Assembly (NCBI GenBank): GCA_964016885.1
Contig: OZ024762.1
Location: 10,230,001-10,294,000 of the forward strand
DNA: 64,000 bases
Direction of reading: 5' to 3'
Origin: Eledone cirrhosa
Taxonomy: Eukaryota
This document shows positions 13,909 to 26,116 of the stretch, one piece after another. A program made the translations under genes and the position numbers. Under the pieces are notes generated by a model. The model was not told the DNA's origin, did no database searches, and saw nothing but the letters and a program-made list of their open reading frames with translations. Position 1 is the first letter of the stretch; every line of letters begins with the position of its first letter.

Positions 13909-14559
13909 TGAATACACACACACACATATATATATATACACACACACATGCATTTATACACACACTGAAACACCCCTCCACACACACACACACGGTGGCT
14001 TTGTTTACTGAACCATGAAGAAAACCATAACATTAGCATATTAAACAGTACTACCACCACCATCAGTACTACTACTACTACTACTACCACCACCACCACT
14101 ACTACTACTGGCACCACACCCACTACCACCACCACTACTGGCACCACACCCACTACCACCACCACTGCAACTACCACCACCACCACCACCACTACTATTG
14201 GCACCACACCGACTACAACCGCTACCACTATCACAACCACTACTACTATCACCACAACCACTACCACCACTACTGCTGCTACTACTACCTCTACTTTGTG
14301 TGTATGCTGGTTTATACACACACACACAAACACATATTTATACTGTAAACTAAACAACACATCCAATACAGACATGTTTTCTTCTACTGTGTCTTCTCTT
14401 ATCATATGTTTACCCGGGGTAAAGCTGGGTACCTCAGCTAGTAAAGACCTATTGTCCAGCCAGATGACCAGATGGACAGTCGAGCTGACTGATAGATAGA
14501 CAAACGACCAATCAGACAGCCAGGCAGACAAATGACCTGTCAGACAGACATATGACGAG

Positions 14560-15060
14560 ATGGACAGTCAGATAGCTGACCAGTAAGATAACCAGACTGA
14601 CAGCTAGCCAGCTGACCAGCTGACCAGATGACCAGACAGACAGCTAGCCAGATGACCAGATAGACAGCTAGCCAGATGACCAGACAGACAGCTAGCCAGA
14701 TGACCAGACAGACAGCTAGCAAGGTGACCAGACAGACAGCTAGCCAGATGACCAGCTGACTAAACTGACAGCTAGCAAGGTGACCAGATGGACAGCTAGC
14801 AAGGTGACCAGATGGACAGCTAGCCAGATGACCAGATAGACAGCTAGCCAGATGACCAGCTGGCCAAAATGACAGCTAGCAAGGTGACCAGATGGACAGC
14901 TAGCAAGGTGACCAGATGGACAGCTAGCCAGATGACCAGATGGACAGCTAGCCAGATGACCAGCTGACCAGACTGACAGCTAGCAAGATGACCAGATGGA
15001 CAGCTAGCCAGATGACCAGCTGACCAGACTGACAGCTAGCAAGATGACCAGATGGACAGG
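14560..15060. repeat. ~24-bp minisatellite
   Basis: gaccagatggacagctagccagat and variants. Confidence 0.9.
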
Positions 15061-15345
15061 CAGACTAGTTTGGTACTGCAGCCAACCCTTGCTCAAGCTG
15101 TCACCTTCAGTCATCAGCTGCTGTTGGTGGTGGTGGTAAAGCCACTGCTGCCGTTGGTGATGGTGTTGTTGTTGTTGTCACAGTTGCTGTTAATGACACT
15201 GTTGCTGCTGCTGTTGGTGGTGGTGTTGTTGATGTCACTGTTGTTGGTGGTGGTGTTGAAAATGTGACCCACCAAGTAGCTGACCTTATCCAGGGCGTGG
15301 TAGTGCATGCTAACCTTGTCCAGGGTCTCTGTATGTCTTACAACC

Positions 15346-15493
15346 TCATGGATCTGCACGTGGGAAATTCCTCTCCAAGATGGAGGCCTGAGCAAAGATT
15401 TTGAGGAAGACCCTGCAGGGCCTAGTGTTACCATTAAGGCCAACTAAGCAGTCACCTTGTGCACAGGCACACCCCAGATGTACATCACAGGAC
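15346..15493 (-). CDS. Tentative last coding exon of small minus-strand gene
   Basis: tttaaag|G TCC TGT...CCA TGA gives SCDVHLGCACAQGDCLVGLNGNTRPCRVFLKIFAQASILERNFPRADP*. Phase matches the 23513 donor; acceptor weak, no recognised homology. Confidence 0.25.
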
Positions 15494-15534
15494 CTTTAAA
15501 CATCACAGTTTTATACAAATCTGTAATAGTTATA

Positions 15535-15635
15535 TGTCGAGGTTAACTTTGCCTCTCATCCTTACGGGGTCATTAAAATAAAGTACCAGTCATGCACTGG
15601 GATAATTGCTGGCCTTATGCCAAAAGTAGAAACAA
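15535..15635 (+). mobile_element. Meta/MESC-type SINE 3' half
   Basis: cgaggttaactttgcctctcatccttacggggtcattaaaataaagtaccag...gctggccttatgcc. Confidence 0.75.
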
Positions 15636-15674
15636 ATATATAATAATTTCCTTTCTTCTTTTATTTTTTTCTGT

Positions 15675-16060
15675 CAAGGTTTGTTCCCTTCTGGACCTTC
15701 TTTGGGGGTCTCAGGATAAGCAACCATTGTGCATATATCCCATGTCTCGCAGGAAATGTCACAGGCCCATTGACAGTTGTTGCGGCATGAAATGGGCATG
15801 TGGTTAGAATGTCGCTGAAAGAATCGCTTGACAGATTTTACGGGCAAGACCAACCGGCTGGAGACCCAGGGGAAGACCCTGAGCAAGATGGTTGGATAAC
15901 ATCCACGAGCTTGGCTGGTCTCGCTTGGGGATCCAGCCAGATCAGTTGGGGATGGTTGCTTCTGACAGATGGTTCTGACAGATGGTTGGGGATGGTTGCT
16001 TCTGAGGTCAGTTCTCACCACCTCTGCCCATATTGTTTATCTTAGTTGTTACATAGTAAC
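15675..16060 (+). mobile_element. Decayed RTE LINE C-terminus
   Basis: GHVVRM...A*QILRARPTGWRPRGRP*ARWLDNIHELGWSRLGI, the RTE GxRxRGRP..RW.D motif with stops consistent with CGA>TGA. Confidence 0.8.
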
Positions 16061-17405
16061 TTCCTGATGATAAGCAGGTCCTAGCCATCCAAAGCACTCC
16101 ACGTCAGTAGTTTATCCCAGGTAGGTGATAATGAGTGACGGAATAATTCATTTATCAAATAATTGTTTCTACGTTAGGCACAAGGCCAGCAATTACCCAG
16201 TGCATTACTGGTACTTTATTTTATCATTTATCAAATAATGGTAGTTAAAACGAGATTAAAGCACCATAATTGTTTATTGCATTATATCTATTTCTGTTGC
16301 ATGGTTATTCCTGTGACTTCATCAGATGCTTACGCAATCATTGGTGCAGTTATGCAATTATTGTGATATGCCGGTAGCCATGCACATCCATCCAGTAATA
16401 AAATGGTTCGGCATGGTTAGTCATCTGACAAAGTCACATGAATAACCATGTGACAGAAATACATATAATGCAACAAATAATTATGGTGATTTAATCCCGT
16501 CTTAACTAAAGAGAAATAATCAAGAGAAATAATTAACTAGTGAACAATCAAGTAAAGTAATTAGATGGAATAAGTAAATTGAAATGGCTCGATCAGGAGT
16601 TGTGGAGGACCGTGGCCTAGTGGTTAGGGTGTTAAACTGATTGTCTTGGGGCTGTGGGATTATTCCTTGACCAAGATGCTTCAAAACTCTCTACCAGTAA
16701 AAATGAGGTACCAGAGGTAGCTGGGGGAGGTTTAAGGCCCTTACAGTAATAAGAAACGGGGTCCCTCCGACTAAAACGCCCAAAAACCACTATCACTACC
16801 ACCACAACCACTAACACAAATGTATGTGGCACCACCGTCACTACATCTACCACCACCACCACTGACACCAGTGCCACCACCAACACTACTACTATCACAG
16901 ACACTGCTACCACAGTGTATGTGGCACCACCACCACCAGACCCACCACCACCACCACTATCAGCAGCAGTATATGTGGTGCAATGTGAGCAGTTTACATA
17001 CAACACACCAGTTGTTCATTGAGACAGACAGACAGACAGACAGTGGGGGGAGGGGTGTTGTTCTCATTGGTCAGAACAATATCCTGTTGTGAGATTACAT
17101 GTGACACACACACTGATACACACACACACACACACACACATTGATATACAGACACACACACACACTGATATACAGACACACGCACACACACAGATATACA
17201 GACATACACACACACTGATATACAGACATACACATACACAGATACACAGACATACAACATATACACTGACACACACACCCTGATACTGACACACACACAC
17301 CCTGATACAGAGACACACACACTGACCGACTTACTGACATACATACATGCAATATCAAGTGGCATGCACTTATTGTAATGTCTGCATATATACACACACA
17401 TATAT

Positions 17406-17444
<39 letters not shown>

Positions 17445-17569
17445 TATATACATATATATGTATATGTATATATAGATATTTTTCTATGTATATATAGGAA
17501 AAGAGTCAGGACCCCGACGGCTGAGCTCCGGCCATTTTGACAGCTAGATCCAAACCTTATATATATACT

Positions 17570-17606
<37 letters not shown>

Positions 17607-17631
17607 CTCACACAGATATATATATGTATAT

Positions 17632-17985
17632 AGAAAACACATCCAGCCCACACTGTAAAGTGGTCATGTAGGTGTCGTGACAAAAAGCTCCCAGTCCACA
17701 CTGTAAAGTGGTTGTGTATGCATCACGACAAAAAGCACCCAGTCCACACTGTAAAGTAGACATGTTGGTGTCACAACAAAAAAACACCCAGTCCACACTG
17801 TAAAGTGGTCATGTAAGTGTCACGACAAAGAGCACCCAGTCCACACTGTAAAGTGGTCGTCACAACAAAAAACACCCAGTACACACTATAAAGTGGTCAT
17901 GTAAGTGTCACGACAAAGAGCACCCAGTCCACACTGTAAATGTGGTTGGCGTTAGGGAGGGCATCCAGCTGTAGAAAGCTAGCCA
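17632..17985 (+). repeat. ~40-53-bp tandem repeat amplified from a SINE/RTE-type tail
   Basis: aaaagcacccagtccacactgtaaagtggtc x~7, ending in gtggttggcgttagggagggcatccagctgtagaaa. Confidence 0.75.
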
Positions 17986-18034
17986 GAAACAGTTCCTGTA
18001 TGAGCAGAACACAGTCACCTGAGGTCTCGAATAA

Positions 18035-18282
18035 ATTGACAAGAGCATTCCATCAGATCATAAAATCTCCATGAAAGAGTTCCGAAAGCTCAAAGACCTA
18101 ACAAATGAAATTGAGAAAATGTGGCACCTTAAGGCCTGTACAATACCAGGTGCACTTGGAAATATAAAAAAGGGAATTGAAAAATATTTGGACCAGATAC
18201 TGGAAAGACATCTCTGCAAGAGATACAGAAAATAGTGTTGACTCGCACTGTGCATGTCCCGAGAAGGGCATTATCAATTTAA
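18035..18282 (+). mobile_element. R4/Dong-like non-LTR retrotransposon restriction-like endonuclease relic
   Basis: IDKSIPSDHKISMKEFRKLKDLTNEIEKMWHLKACTIPGALGNIKKGIEKYL / SLQEIQKIVLTRTVHVPRRALSI* (IDxxIP..K..DL..EI..MW..GALG pattern), one frameshift. Confidence 0.8.
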
Positions 18283-20034
18283 CCCTTTAACATTTAAACT
18301 GGCCGTATCCGACCAGAATTCTCTCATTTCTCTCTGTTCAAACCAGCTGTAATTGGCTGCTTATACTGATGTTAAGGTATTGTTCTCAAAATAAATAATA
18401 TCAAAATCTCATAGCTTCGATATTATGTGAGGTAAAGTCAGAACCATCTGTCAGAAGCAACCATCCCCAACCATCTGTCAGAAGCAACCATCCCCAATAG
18501 TATATATAGCGTAATGTAAATGTGAGATATTATGTGAGGTAAAGCCTTTACTGTGAAAATACAATAGTATATATAGCGTAATGTAAATGTTATGTGAGAT
18601 ATTATGTGAGGTAAAGTCTTTACTGTGAAAATACAATAGTATATATAGAGTAATGTAAATGTTATGCGAGATATTATGTGAGGTAAAGCCTTTACTGTGA
18701 AAATACAATAGTATATATAGAGTAATGGAAATGTTATGTGAGATATTATGTGAGGTAAAAACTTTACTGTGAAAATACAATAGTATATATAGAGTAATAG
18801 AAATGTTATGTGAGATATTATGTGAGGTAAAGCCTTTACTGTGAAAATACAATAGTATATATAGAGTAATGGAAATGTTATGTGAGATATTATGTGAGGT
18901 AAAAACTTTACTGTGAAAATACAATAGTATATATAGAGTAATAGAAATGTTATGTGAGATATTATGTGACGTAAAAACTTTACTGTGAAAATACAATAGT
19001 ATATATAGCGTAATGTAAATGTTATGTGAGATATTATGTGAGGTAAAGCCTTTACTGTGAAAATACAATAGTATATATAGAGTAATAGAAATGTTATGTG
19101 AGATATTATGTGACGTAAAAACTTTACTGTGAAAATACAATAGTATATATAGAGTAATGTAAATGTTATGTGAGATATTATGTGAGGTAAAGCCTTTACT
19201 GTGAAAATACAATAGTATATATAGAGTAATAGAAATGTTATGTGAGATATTATGTGAGGTAAAGCCTTTACCATGAAAATACAATAGTATATATAGAGTA
19301 ATGTAAATGTTATGTGAGATATTATGTGACGTAAAAACTTTACTGTGAAAATACAATAGTATATATAGCGTAATGTAAATGTTATGTGAGATATTATGTG
19401 AGGTAAAGCCTTTACTGTGAAAATACAATAGTATATATAGAGTAATGTAAATGTTATGTGAGATATGTGAGGTAAAGCCTTTACTGTGAAAATACAATAG
19501 TATATATAGAGTAATGTAAATGTTATGTGAGATATTATGTGAGGTAAAAACTTTACTGTGAAAATACAATAGTATATATAGAGTAATGGAAATGTTATGT
19601 GAGATATTATGTGAGGTAAAGCCTTTACTGTGAAAATACAATAGTATATATAGCGTAATGTAAATGTTATGTGAGATATTATGTGAGGTAAAAACTTTAC
19701 TGTGAAAATACAATAGTATATATAGAGTAATGTAAATGTTATGTGAGATATTATGTGAGGTAAAAACTTTACTGTGAAAATACAATAGTATATATAGAGT
19801 AATGGAAATGTTATGTGAGATATTATGTGAGGTAAAGCCTTTACTGTGAAAATACAATAGTATATATAGCGTAATGTAAATGTTATGTGAGATATTATGT
19901 GACGTAAAAACTTTACTGTGAAAATACAATAGTATATATAGAGTAATGTAAATGTTATGCGAGATATTATGTGAGGTAAAGCCTTTACTGTGAAAATACA
20001 ATAGTATATATAGAGTAATGGAAATGCTAAAGAG
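18283..20034. mobile_element. piggyBac-type MITE inflated by an internal 60-bp minisatellite
   Basis: TTAA-ccctttaacattt ... aaatgctaaagag-TTAA (imperfect 13-bp TIR, TTAA both sides). Confidence 0.75.
18496..20026. repeat. 60-bp minisatellite, ~25 copies
   Basis: Unit gttatgtgagatattatgtgaggtaaagcctttactgtgaaaatacaatagtatatatagagtaatgtaaat-type; variants at a few positions. Unit length estimated by eye may be 60-72 bp. Confidence 0.9.
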
Positions 20035-20179
20035 TTAAATACCTTGTAAAGACATTTACTGTAGTTTACGCCTTTATAGTGTCATTTGTATGACAATTGG
20101 TTGTATAATGTGTGTATTGTTGACACTCGACATGATTTGGGAAAAGCAGAATTGAAAGGAAGTTTCAAATAATAATAAT

Positions 20180-20526
20180 AATTGTTTCTACTATTGGCAC
20201 AAGGCCAGCAATTACTGGTACATTATTTTATCGACCCCGTAAGGATGAAAGGCAAAGTTAACCTCAGCGGGATTTGAACTCAGAATGGCAAGGGCCTTAA
20301 CTCTATGCGTCAAAGCATGGAGTCCGACCCTCTACCGATACTGAATAATGTTTCTACGTTTGGCACAAGGCCAGCAATTATCCCCCAGTATATTACTGGT
20401 GCTTTATTTTATCAAACCCGTATGGATGAAAGGCAAAATTAACTTGGCAGGATTTGAACTCAGAACGTAAAGGGCCATAACTCTATGATGCAAAGCATGG
20501 TGTCTGACGCTCTACCAATACTGCCA
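20180..20526 (-). mobile_element. Two tandem Meta/MESC-type SINE copies
   Basis: ggcacaaggccagcaatt...ggatttgaactcag...ctctacc occurs twice (20180-20343, 20345-20526). Confidence 0.85.
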
Positions 20527-20704
20527 AAGAATGAAAACAAATAACAATGATTAAAGAGGGATTTGACAATTATCTTTAGCAGAGAGGAGGGGATGGGGTA
20601 GAGAAAAAGGTATTGGGAATTACCAGTTTAGACTAGTAAGACCAGCTGAGTACTCAATACCTGGGGGTGTATGTGTATATATACACACACACACACACAT
20701 ATAT

Positions 20705-20823
20705 ATATTATTGAGTAAAATGACAGGAGGTCAAACAGGCGAAATTTCTTCAAAGATTTATTATAGCAAACACTTTGAAGGAATTTCACCAGTCCGGCCT
20801 GCCGTCATTTTATTCAATAATAA
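20705..20823. repeat. Imperfect inverted repeat in a TA-flanked element
   Basis: ttattgagtaaaatgac...gaaatttcttcaaag / ctttgaaggaatttc...gtcattttattcaataa. Confidence 0.7.
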
Positions 20824-20962
20824 GAATTAACTCCGTTCTCGCAACAAGATTCAGCATTGAAGATAGGTGAGTTGCATAACGTTGAGTGCTTTTCTTATAT
20901 TACATCATGATTGGCTATACCGAATGATCAGTTCTATCCAATGGTGAACCACGCAACCTAAA

Positions 20963-21014
<52 letters not shown>

Positions 21015-21167
21015 TCTATTTTTAGAAACGTTGAGCATATATGTATTTATAGAAATTTAGTTGATAGCGTCGCTCATGGGACGCTCTCAAATTTCAGGAG
21101 CTTTTATGTCCAATCTGTTAGACTATTTTTCATAGTGAGAAATATATGCTGAAGCTTTAAAATGTTC

Positions 21168-21205
<38 letters not shown>

Positions 21206-21228
21206 TACACATATATATATATATATAT

Positions 21229-21279
<51 letters not shown>

Positions 21280-21282
<3 letters not shown>

Positions 21283-21350
21283 GGTGTCTCCAAAACTGTG
21301 TACACACTTCAACAACATAAAAGTGTATATACACTTTTTGGGACACCTTG
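21280..21350. mobile_element. Tiny Tc1/mariner-type MITE in (TA)n
   Basis: TA-cagggtgtctccaaaa...ttttgggacaccttg-TA; relatives at 21605-21704, ~21927-21990, 28267-28339 and 57603-57702. Confidence 0.8.
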
Positions 21351-21985
21351 TATATATATATATATATATACACACATTGTGTCCATTTTGTTACTGCCTC
21401 ACGTCTACTGGAACTAGCGGTATCGACTTTAATATACTGAAACATCGAGGACTTCCAGAGGTCGACTAATTAGAAGGAACTGTCCGGTGATTCGACCGTT
21501 TTTCCCTCGTTTTCGACCACCTTTTTCCTTCTTTTTATATGGTCTTAGCCACGCAGGACAGTTTTTCAAATTTATACACACACATACATACATACACATA
21601 CATACAGGGTGTCTCCTCCAAAAATGTATACACACTTTGATTACCTATACAGGCAATATTTATTAGAATACTGTTGAAGTGTGTATACATTTTTGGAACA
21701 TCTTATATATATATATAAGAGAGCGAGAGAGAGAGTTATTTTATTGGTTTTAGTTATTAGACCGCGGCCATTCTGGGACACCGCCTTGATTTAGTTGATC
21801 CTATCAACCAGAGTACTTGCTTTTTTAAAGACTCCTAACATATTTTATCGATCTCTCCCTTTTTTTGAATCGCTTGGTTACGGGACATAAACAGACATCA
21901 TAGACCTCCACACACCCATATATATAAAGGGTGCCCCCCCCCAAAAAAAAAAAATTGCATACACACTTTGATTACCTATATAGGC

Positions 21986-22049
<64 letters not shown>

Positions 22050-22370
22050 TATATGTATATATATATGTAATATTTTAGATATAAATCGAAGTTACAGCTG
22101 CCATATAGCAGCTACTATTCGAGTTGTTTGAGGCAACCACAAAGCACTCAATGGAGCGATTATGTTAATACATTATCGTCTAGAGTAAACACAAGAGTTA
22201 AAAAATGTGACACCAAGAAAAACAACCGAAGTCAGCGGCCATACTTATACCACAACAATAAATACAGAAAGGTTATATATATATATATATATATATAAAA
22301 AAATTTTTTTCTCTCTCTCTTTCGTCTGCGACTTCACAAAACTTGCGTTTACCGAATTCGTAGAGCAGTT

Positions 22371-22407
<37 letters not shown>

Positions 22408-22586
22408 TTTTCCCCCCCCTGTCGAACTTGGGCGAAATTCTGTCCTTGCTCACATTTCTACCAGGTTCGATGGTCTTTCGTCTCTTGTTCACGATTTCAC
22501 AGAGTTTATATTCATAAAGATCTGGGACTTGTCTATTTCTACTCACTTTCCGTTGCTATAACCCTTTTGTTGTTACTCTAATGTCC

Positions 22587-22711
22587 CCCCCCCCTTATTT
22601 ACGTGTCCCAACGACTTTTTTTAGCCGTTGTTCGCCCCAACCTGAGGCATATGGCCCTTAAAGCGATGAAATGCCGAGGACGGTTGGAGGGTCACTGATG
22701 AGGACTCACTT

Positions 22712-22717
<6 letters not shown>
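22587..22717. mobile_element. Family E TA-embedded dispersed element
   Basis: ttatttacgtgtcccaacgacttttttt...cactgatgaggact; copies at 23016-23146 and inverted at 26155-26290. Confidence 0.75.
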
Positions 22718-22749
<32 letters not shown>

Positions 22750-23190
22750 TTAATACATTAACAGAGAAAGCTTTTAGCGATACTCTGACCAACTCCATCT
22801 CATTCAACAAACATTAGGATATACCTGAGTATAATCCCAATTATGCGTTTGGGGTGCTAACTATATTGTATATGTGGATAGTCGGCTGTATTATTTTATA
22901 TGAGACATAATTAAATAAATCTCTCTTTCTTTCCATACGATCGTCTCGTTATAAGATTTCTTATATATATATATATTTCGTTGCTTCACCATTTTTGTTT
23001 GTTTACACTCGTGTTCCCTTTATTTACGTGTCCCAACGACTTTTTTTAGCCGTTGCTCGCACCAACCGGAGGTATATGGTCTTTAAAGCGATGAAATACC
23101 AATGATGATTGGAAGATCACTGATGAAGGACTACTTTATTCATATGTAACCCATTAGCAACCCAGCAGCACGTTTTTCTCATATATATAC

Positions 23191-23241
23191 AGATTCCTGA
23201 TGATTTCAAATGAATGAAACAGTTCTAGTCCTGTAGAATCT
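23191..23241 (+). ncRNA. Type I hammerhead ribozyme (family A)
   Basis: agattc-CTGATGA-t ttc aaat gaa t-GAAA-cag ttctagtc ctg-TA-gaatct; perfect 6-bp stem I, GUA cleavage triplet. Confidence 0.85.
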
Positions 23242-23323
23242 CATCTATATTAAAACTGTTATACTCTGCTATGTATTGAGTACCTTACTTACTGTGGTTA
23301 CCTCCGATTCAACCCGGAATAAC

Positions 23324-23325
<2 letters not shown>
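23191..23325 (+). mobile_element. Family A ~135-bp hammerhead-bearing element between (TA)n tracts
   Basis: Hammerhead plus tail ...gtattgagtaccttacttactgtggttacctccgattcaacccggaataacgta. Other copies or pieces: 26493-26575, 27180-27332, 30821-30905, 53843-53947, 57428-57591, 60337-60463, 61751-61965. Confidence 0.85.
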
Positions 23326-23357
<32 letters not shown>

Positions 23358-23512
23358 GAGAGAGGGATAGAGAGCTATTCACACGACGGGTTTCTACAAT
23401 TTTCGTCTATCAAATTTCTATTTATTGGTAAACTCGAGATTATTATAGAAGACACTGGTTCATGGTGCTGCACAGTGGGATTGAACCAACACATATGTGT
23501 GTGTGTTTTAAC

Positions 23513-23639
23513 CGAATTATAGAATACAACGGTGTTTCACGAACAAAGTCCCCATGAAATATATGTTCCAACAGCGATTTATAAATACTCCTTTCTCTCT
23601 CCGTATCAGAAATACAGTGAACTAGTGACAATTGTTGTC
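23513..23639 (-). CDS. Tentative internal exon of small minus-strand gene
   Basis: ttttcaacag|GA CAA...ATT CG|gttaaa; 127 bp open in phase 1 with exon 28511-28652: GQQLSLVHCISDTERERSIYKSLLEHIFHGDFVRETPLYSIIR. Donor weak. Confidence 0.3.
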
Positions 23640-23763
23640 CTGTTGAAAACCTAATGTAACCAACAACACAATAGTTCACAAATCGTGATAGAAAATAAAC
23701 AAGAATGTGAAGAGGGGCCGTGATCATGAATGTCCGTTCAACTAAGAAGCAAACATAGTACCC

Positions 23764-23915
23764 AGGCCCGGTGCTATCTTTTAGACAAACTTGGCAGCCG
23801 CCTAGGGCGCAGACACATTTTATCTTGATACACATTGTAATGCTAGTTAAGGGCGCTAAATACCCAGGGACACATTGTAGGGCTAGCCTAAGGCGCTGAA
23901 TATCCCAGGCGACTG
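23764..23915. mobile_element. Probable hAT-like MITE containing ~2 copies of the 40-bp unit amplified at 54911-56636
   Basis: caggcccggtgcta...gggcgctaaatacccagggacacattgtagggctagcc... Confidence 0.5.
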
Positions 23916-24314
23916 TTCAGTTATGGTCGGTTTGTGAATGAGTTCGGCCTTAAATTATAACAAATACATCAATTTGGTAGTGAATCGTAAATATATTGGT
24001 TTCTAATCTAAGAAAAACACCAGCAATTCGAGTCAGGAGTAAATCGATTAAATCGACTCGTTTAAGTCTGTTCCAAGCCCAGAGTCTGACTGGGCCGAGG
24101 AGCAAATCCCGGTTTCATTGGTGTTTAAACGACAGAGTACAAGACCGCCGTATGGTTAATCCGACCGTCCTAGTAGACGTTGGCACTCAATTTTTAGCTG
24201 AGATGACTGAAAAAATAAAATAAAATTTGTCGATCGACTTTCGTCAAATCGGACCGAGGAAACAATGTTTCCGCTGGTCTTTCCAATTGCTAATACTATC
24301 TATCGGTCGCAACT

Positions 24315-24480
24315 CCAGGTAGAAGGAGCAACGTGAAATAAAGTGGCTTGCTCAAGGAAATAACGCATCGCCCAGTCCAGGAATCGAACTGACAAACTCA
24401 CGATTGTGGTTTTTCTTTTAAAAAAAAATACAACCGACGCGCCACCCGACCCAGGAATTGAACACTCTAACAACTAGGCC
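24315..24480 (-). mobile_element. tRNA-derived SINE heads of a second family
   Basis: cttgctcaagg...ccaggaatcgaac (reverse B-box gttcgattcc); relatives at 45565-45632 (+) and 50735-50800 (-). Confidence 0.6.
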
Positions 24481-24697
24481 AACTTCACTAGAACTTTATT
24501 TTATCGACCTGCGGAAAGGACGATGGAAAACAAATTTGATTACGATGGGGTTTGAACATAACTTTAGTACAGTATAAAAGTTTCTTCTTTTTAAGGTGGA
24601 AAGGGAAGGGGTTTACAAATGAGATGAGATAAAAGAGGACTTAATACATACAGTAGAGGTTATTTGTTTGGTCAAATGGTTGAAGACTTTCCTTATA

Positions 24698-24741
24698 GTC
24701 TCTACTCAGAGTTTCTAGTCACGTGTAGTTCTTCAGGCGAC
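24698..24741 (-). ncRNA. Type I hammerhead-like motif
   Basis: Minus strand gtcgc-CTGAAGA-actacacgtgacta-GAAA-c tctga g-TA-gagac; intact core, one stem I mismatch, stem II poorly paired. Confidence 0.6.
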
Positions 24742-24790
24742 ACAAAGAGAAACTGAACGTGGCGAATGAATCATCAGCTGTTCCTATTAT

Positions 24791-24825
<35 letters not shown>

Positions 24826-25013
24826 CACGTATATATATATATAAATACACACACACACACACGTTATATATATATATATTTACAAACACACATATCTATA
24901 TATACATACATATCTTTATATACATACAAAATATATATATACATACACAATACAGAGTACTCACAACCTCTAACTGGATTACCTATAACGATAATTTGTT
25001 ATCCCATATATAT

Positions 25014-25052
<39 letters not shown>

Positions 25053-25389
25053 CATACATGTACATATATACAAACGTATACCCACATATAGTCATACAGA
25101 CACACCCTACTATAAACATTGATACACACACGATATATATATATATGTGTGTGTGTATAGATTATAGCTAGCTAGCTAGACACGCTTCTTATTGATGGTC
25201 GCGAGAATGAGTACCCAATACTATTTACCATAATAAAGATTATTATATTCTTTATGAAGGCCAAGCATGAGTCTTTGTCAACTTTGGAGTTCCTCCTGTG
25301 TACTCACGGGACCATCAGACCTCTAGTTTCTCCTGTGAGTATACGGGAGACTCAAGTATGGCCTACAAAACTCAACTGTGGCCTAAATA

Positions 25390-25600
25390 ATGGTTTCTAA
25401 TCTAGACACAAGACCTGTAATTCGCCGGGACGGGAAAGTTGAATATATCGACCTTAGTATTTCAGTGGTACTTTAGTTTATCGACCCCCCAGAAGGATGA
25501 AAGGCAAAGTTGATCGTAGCGGGATTTAAACTTAGAAAGTGCAGAGCCGGAATAAATGCCACAAGGCATTTTACTCAAAGCTCTACCAATCCATTTCCCT
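25390..25600 (-). mobile_element. Meta/MESC-type SINE
   Basis: ggtactttagtttatcgaccccc...ggatgaaaggcaaagttg...gggatttaaac. Confidence 0.7.
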
Positions 25601-25650
25601 AAACTTGGCCTTAATAACAACACAAACACACATATACATATATATATATA

Positions 25651-25831
25651 TAGGAACGAGTAGGACCCCGACGGCTGAGCTCAAGCCGTTTCGACGGCTA
25701 ATTCTGGACGTCGAAACGGCTTGAGCTCAGCCGTCGGGGTCCTACTCGTTCCTATTACCAACTCTACTACCCTAAGTATTGAGTACTTTGGTGCGTTATG
25801 GTCCACCTGGTTCCTTACCACATTTCCTTCG

Positions 25832-25833
<2 letters not shown>
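25651..25833 (+). mobile_element. Family B element with 5' inverted duplication
   Basis: 25651-25698 and 25709-25754 are reverse complements; tail ...gtattgagtactttggtgcgttatggtccacctggttccttaccacatttccttcgt-(TA)n. Confidence 0.85.
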
Positions 25834-25874
<41 letters not shown>

Positions 25875-26066
25875 TAACCTGATTAGTTTTTTCGTTGTTT
25901 TTGGTATTGTGTGGCTAGGTCTACCTGCCGCAATTTTCAATTTGTCAAGCTATCTAAACGTATGTTATTACTCTAAGGACCTACCTTATTGAGTGCTTTG
26001 CTGTTCATTCCTAATTGTAGGTCGTTAGCTTGGCCACAACCAAAGCTTCGATTTTACTAAGCTTCC

Positions 26067-26116
<50 letters not shown>

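Noticed and set aside
16062-16100. ctgatga hammerhead-like start
   Set aside because: No GAAA or stem I partner nearby.
16603-16632. tRNA-like 5' end (gtggcctagtggttagggtg); similar at 45565 and 50735
   Set aside because: No complete cloverleaf; these are SINE heads rather than tRNA genes.
18438-20001. 507-aa and 278-aa ORFs
   Set aside because: Translations of the minisatellite inside a MITE; no coding signal.
24652-24778. Apparent minus-strand exon with an in-frame TGA (possible Sec or editing site)
   Set aside because: The same bases form a hammerhead-like core and a Penelope-type tail; better explained as a retroelement relic.
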